A DNA stretch of 64,000 nucleotides from Escherichia phage slur14. Of this stretch, positions 60,741-64,000 are shown piece by piece. The stretch's first letter is position 1; each line of letters opens with the position of its first letter. The translations under genes were made by a program, and so were the position numbers. A model generated the notes under the pieces. It did not search any database, was not told the DNA's origin, and saw only the letters and a program-made list of their open reading frames with translations. The stretch is from the sequence record NC_028448.1; one strand, written 5' to 3'.

Positions 60741-61274
60741 TCACTTTGAAATCATAGTTGGAATGACAGAATCAAGATAAGTCTTTAACGCAATAGCTTC
60801 GTCTTTGGTAAATGTGACAATATGCGCTCGAAAATCATCAATTTGACGAATAGTTAAGACATCTCCATCTTCATAACATTTTGATACATTTAAAACAGTT
60901 TCATCATTCTGATTGCAAGCGTTAGTAATAATAGCATTGCAATTTTTGAGCCATTTTAAACTATGTTTTCTTTCATTAGAATAATAAAAATATTTAATCT
61001 TAGCTATAAAACTATCCCAATGGATAACTGATAAGCATATTGACTCGCTTTCAATGTTAAATCCTGGGCATAAAGAATAGAAATGAATTTTATGCTCATC
61101 ATTAATGCTTACAATTTTATCAGTGTAAGGTTTTTCAATTTGGGTTAAATGAATAATTTCGCTAGGCGTAAAATATAGCATATCGTCTTCTTGCGTCAAA
61201 CGATACATATTATTTACTTTTTCTATAGCCAATTCACCAAAAAATGAACTAACTTCTAATACTAATCGTTTCAT
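60741..61274 (-). CDS. hypothetical protein (177 aa), paralog of previous ORF
   Basis: Shares GFNIESE and C-terminal EAIALKTYLDSVIPTM. Confidence 0.55.
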   Translation of the reverse strand: MKRLVLEVSSFFGELAIEKVNNMYRLTQEDDMLYFTPSEIIHLTQIEKPYTDKIVSINDEHKIHFYSLCPGFNIESESICLSVIHWDSFIAKIKYFYYSNERKHSLKWLKNCNAIITNACNQNDETVLNVSKCYEDGDVLTIRQIDDFRAHIVTFTKDEAIALKTYLDSVIPTMISK

Positions 61275-61275
61275 A

Positions 61276-61554
61276 TTAATCCTTTTTATTTGCGCTGATT
61301 TGTTCTAAAATTTTAGAGTATTCCTTTGTATCAGATTTACGTACAATTGATACACTATAAGGCATACTATCGGTGTCTTTTATAAAGCGTTCCAAATGAC
61401 ACTCTAACAAAATTTCTGGATTATAAATCGTGTACATCAAATTACCTGTTGCTCCACGATATTGGCAGATTTCTACTGATTGAACACCATTCCATAATTT
61501 TGTTAAAACTAAGTCACCTACTTCTAATTTAGGAAAACTCATATTATTCACCAA
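61276..61554 (-). CDS. hypothetical protein (92 aa)
   Basis: ORF track. Confidence 0.5.
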   Translation of the reverse strand: MVNNMSFPKLEVGDLVLTKLWNGVQSVEICQYRGATGNLMYTIYNPEILLECHLERFIKDTDSMPYSVSIVRKSDTKEYSKILEQISANKKD

Positions 61555-61729
61555 TTAAAGTTTCAATATAAGAATCAAGATTTACTTTAGCTTCTTCCAT
61601 AAGAGTTTTGTATTTAATCTTGTTAGCATGTCCGGAGAAAGCTGATTCATCAATAATTGTTGATGTATGAACAGCTTTACTATACGTCTCAATTAATTCT
61701 CTTAATTTAAAAGCCTGCTCACTTGTCAT
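61544..61729 (-). CDS. small helical protein (61 aa)
   Basis: N-terminus MTSEQAFKLRELIETY resembles neighbouring small ORFs. Confidence 0.5.
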   Translation of the reverse strand: MTSEQAFKLRELIETYSKAVHTSTIIDESAFSGHANKIKYKTLMEEAKVNLDSYIETLIGE

Positions 61730-61849
61730 TACATACTCCTTTGAATAATATCAATAATGTTGTTCACCAGATTATAAGTAAACATTGGGTAATTATATTG
61801 AATCATCACATACACAACAAACAAAACTTTCATTCTCTTCTCCTTGGCA

Positions 61850-61891
61850 GTTGACAAGATTACTATACCATAACCTTGCCAACTTGTAAAC
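61850..61891 (-). promoter_or_regulatory. early promoter cassette
   Basis: GTTTAC ... TGGTATAGT with flanking inverted repeat. Confidence 0.55.
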
Positions 61892-61893
61892 CA

Positions 61894-62040
61894 TTAAATG
61901 ACGTTTTCAATAAAATTCTGAAGCTTTGTGTGAGCATCAACCATGATTTTCATTTCTTCTTTTGCGAAAGCTGTACCTCTTTCCCGAGCAGAATACTCAT
62001 AGTCAGAAACTGCATTAGCATATTCTTCAATTAGTTTCAT
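61894..62040 (-). CDS. small protein (48 aa)
   Basis: Manual translation MKLIEEYANAVSDYEYSARERG...; weak SD. Confidence 0.3.
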   Translation of the reverse strand: MKLIEEYANAVSDYEYSARERGTAFAKEEMKIMVDAHTKLQNFIENVI

Positions 62041-62056
62041 TAAAAACATCTGCTTT

Positions 62057-62251
62057 TCAGTTTTCATTATTCCACCTAATCATTTCAAGATATTGAACTA
62101 ACTTAGCTTTAGATTTATCCAAATCCTTTTTAGCTGCTTCTATACCGTCGTATGAATATCCTTCACAATGCTCAACTGCTAATTGATATGAATCTATTTC
62201 AATATCACGTGCTAATTTAATGATTTTTTCAAACTGTTCGCGTGTTAGCAT
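62057..62251 (-). CDS. small helical protein (64 aa)
   Basis: MLTREQFEKIIKLARDIEID... Confidence 0.5.
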   Translation of the reverse strand: MLTREQFEKIIKLARDIEIDSYQLAVEHCEGYSYDGIEAAKKDLDKSKAKLVQYLEMIRWNNEN

Positions 62252-62253
62252 AC

Positions 62254-62457
62254 TTAAACTCTCGTATTATGATCGATAATTTCATCAAGAAACATATCTA
62301 ACGCTTCTAAAGCATTATCCACTTTAGTTTCAAAGTCTTTAATGCCTTTATTCGAAATACCCGATGAATACCAAGCAAAGTTAATGCGCTCCTCGTCTGC
62401 TTTACGAATTAAAGCTACCAATTCCTTAATTTTATCAGCTTGTTCGATACTAATCAT
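62254..62457 (-). CDS. small helical protein (67 aa)
   Basis: Track ORF trimmed to [15 protein letters not shown]. Confidence 0.45.
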   Translation of the reverse strand: MISIEQADKIKELVALIRKADEERINFAWYSSGISNKGIKDFETKVDNALEALDMFLDEIIDHNTRV

Positions 62458-62645
62458 TATTCCACCACATATGAAAGAGAGAATATTGCACACGCCATGT
62501 GAGTTGCAACTTCATCACACATATTATAACGTTTCTTAAGAAGTTCTACAAGTTCTTCACTAGTAACTTCATCCATGTCGACGAAAAAATCACCATTAAT
62601 GATGACGTAGATATTTCCTTCTTGATTGAGTGCTTCAATTTTCAT
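62457..62645 (-). CDS. small acidic protein (62 aa)
   Basis: Track ORF trimmed to MKIEALNQ; promoter cassette upstream. Confidence 0.5.
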
Positions 62646-62664
62646 GATGTTCTCCTCTTTATCC

Positions 62665-62703
62665 GATGGTTGTATAGTATCACAGCTCAAATGGAAAGTA
62701 AAC
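62665..62703 (-). promoter_or_regulatory. early promoter
   Basis: GTTTTAC ... TGATACTATAC on minus strand. Confidence 0.45.
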
Positions 62704-62718
62704 CGGTAAAATGAAAAA

Positions 62719-62736
62719 AGTCTCCCGAAGGAGACT
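62719..62736 (-). terminator. hairpin downstream of rI.-1
   Basis: AGTCTCC-CGAA-GGAGACT; minus strand followed by U-run. Confidence 0.5.
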
Positions 62737-62740
62737 AACG

Positions 62741-63127
62741 TTATTCGAGGGAAAGAAGATACTTACTCTGGTAAAACATTCCAGTAATATCATCTATCGT
62801 GCTTTGGATGGCTGGAGGCATTTCTTTATAAATGCTGTTAGATTGGTCTAGTATGCGATCAATCATTTTAATTGTGTCGGTAGGAAGTTTACTAGCATCT
62901 GGAATTGAAGGTGTGTATTTTCTACCAGAATACCCCAAATATTGCTCACCAAATTTATCAATCAAATCTGGCAACTCGGAGAAAATAAAATCGTATGCTT
63001 TGTGTCTAGCATAACTTTTAGTTTCAAAATGTGCAGAATGAAAATAAGCTTGTGCAGCCATTAATAAACCTAAGTATTCATCTGCCTTTGAAGGTTTTCC
63101 ACTTTGTGAAAAGTCGCTGAATTTCAT
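62741..63127 (-). CDS. rI.-1-like protein (128 aa)
   Basis: Position immediately downstream of rI; ATGA coupling. Confidence 0.55.
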
Positions 63128-63417
63128 TCAGTCTCCAATTTAATGTTCATAATTCTAGCGTATGATTGTGCCATCTCCGCGCCTCGTTCTATACATTCAA
63201 AATCAGAAGAGCACGGGTCATTTTTATAGGTCGTTCTCATAAAACTATAGAATTGTTCAGACGATTCTACGCTTTTATTTTCAAAAAGCATATAAACGTG
63301 CCTAATACCAGATTCCATAAATTTATCAAAATGAGGATCGACATTCGCTTCAATCGGTGGAGATAAAGCAAACGCTAATCCTAGCATGGCAAATAGTGCC
63401 GTTGCTTTTAAGGCCAT
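63124..63417 (-). CDS. rI: RI lysis-inhibition regulator (antiholin)
   Basis: 97 aa MALKATALFAMLGLAFALSPPIEANVDPHFDKF...; matches T4 RI from memory. Confidence 0.9.
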   Translation of the reverse strand: MALKATALFAMLGLAFALSPPIEANVDPHFDKFMESGIRHVYMLFENKSVESSEQFYSFMRTTYKNDPCSSDFECIERGAEMAQSYARIMNIKLETE

Positions 63418-63429
63418 AAAGGCCTCCTA

Positions 63430-63642
63430 TCATTTTTGTCCTGTATTTACTTTATGCCGATGCACGGCCTTAACTTTATCAAGGTATTTTTCAAAATTTC
63501 GCAATCTAGTATAGTCTGCCGGAGATTGGTTGAGTGATACTTCTCGACGCAAAGCTGAAATGATATTTCCAACTTCCCTACGAATTTCATCTAATTGAAG
63601 AACGGTAAGATTGCGAAGTTGCTTTTCAGTTAATTGTAGCAT
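63430..63642 (-). CDS. hypothetical protein (70 aa), rI.1 position
   Basis: ORF track; TATAAATA late-promoter motif ~30 nt upstream. Confidence 0.5.
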
Positions 63643-63667
63643 ATATACCCCTTTAGTTAGATAAACC

Positions 63668-63675
63668 TATTTATA
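63668..63675 (-). promoter_or_regulatory. late promoter TATAAATA
   Basis: TATAAATA on minus strand ~30 nt upstream of ORF 63430..63642. Confidence 0.5.
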
Positions 63676-63684
63676 ACTTTTGCA

Positions 63685-64000
63685 CTAACCGAGCTTTTTA
63701 GTTAATTCATTCCAATGTTTTCTACACAAAGAAACATAAATTTCATCACCAATACAGATTTGATTACCTTCTTTAACTGGTGTTCCATCTTCCATTAATC
63801 GAGCTGTCATAATAGCTTTTTTACCACAATGACAAACTGCCTTTAGTTCAATAAGTTTATCTGCAATCGCCAAAAGTTCTTTAGAACCTTCAAATAATTT
63901 TCCAGCGAAATCAGTCCTTAGTCCATAAGCCATAACAGGAACATTATATGTATCAACAATTCGGCTTAATTGATGCACTTGTTCAGTTTTTAAAAACTGA
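63685..64000 (-). CDS. tk: thymidine kinase (C-terminal part; gene starts beyond window end)
   Basis: C-terminal zinc motif CHCGKKA...[15 protein letters not shown]; position next to rI as in T4. Confidence 0.8.
   Translation of the reverse strand, partial: QFLKTEQVHQLSRIVDTYNVPVMAYGLRTDFAGKLFEGSKELLAIADKLIELKAVCHCGKKAIMTARLMEDGTPVKEGNQICIGDEIYVSLCRKHWNELTKKLG

Overview
This window is a T-even (T4-like, Tevenvirinae) coliphage genome segment; almost every gene is on the minus strand and gene order matches the T4 map from gene 52 through rIIB/rIIA to tk. Recognised genes in window order: 52 (partial), stp, ndd, rIIB, rIIA, fused topoisomerase 39/60, motB, dexA, dda, modA, modB, soc, 56, dam, 61, sp, dmd, 41, 40, uvsX, a glycosyltransferase, 42, imm, 43, regA, 62, 44, 45, rpbA, 46, 47, a-gt, 55, nrdH, nrdG, nrdD, 49, pin, nrdC, rI and tk (partial). 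Three differences from T4 itself point to a T2/T6-type relative: the large topoisomerase subunit is one continuous 606-aa ORF (no gene 60 bypass), nrdD is uninterrupted (no intron), and a GT-A-type glycosyltransferase sits where T4 has beta-gt. Many intergenic regions carry a repeated early promoter with an embedded stem-loop (PeSL-like cassette) or a GC-rich tetraloop hairpin that acts as a minus-strand terminator. I found no rRNA, tRNA, CRISPR array or transposon. The best candidates for undescribed biology are uncharacterised gene clusters between nrdC and rI (four coiled-coil-tailed proteins, an AAA+ ATPase, and a cassette ending in a Pol-beta-type nucleotidyltransferase), a nuclease-like ORF coupled to dam, a lone plus-strand membrane ORF, and a 49-nt duplicated gene junction between gene 61 and sp. 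All homology calls are from memory of T4 proteins and motifs; no database search was run.
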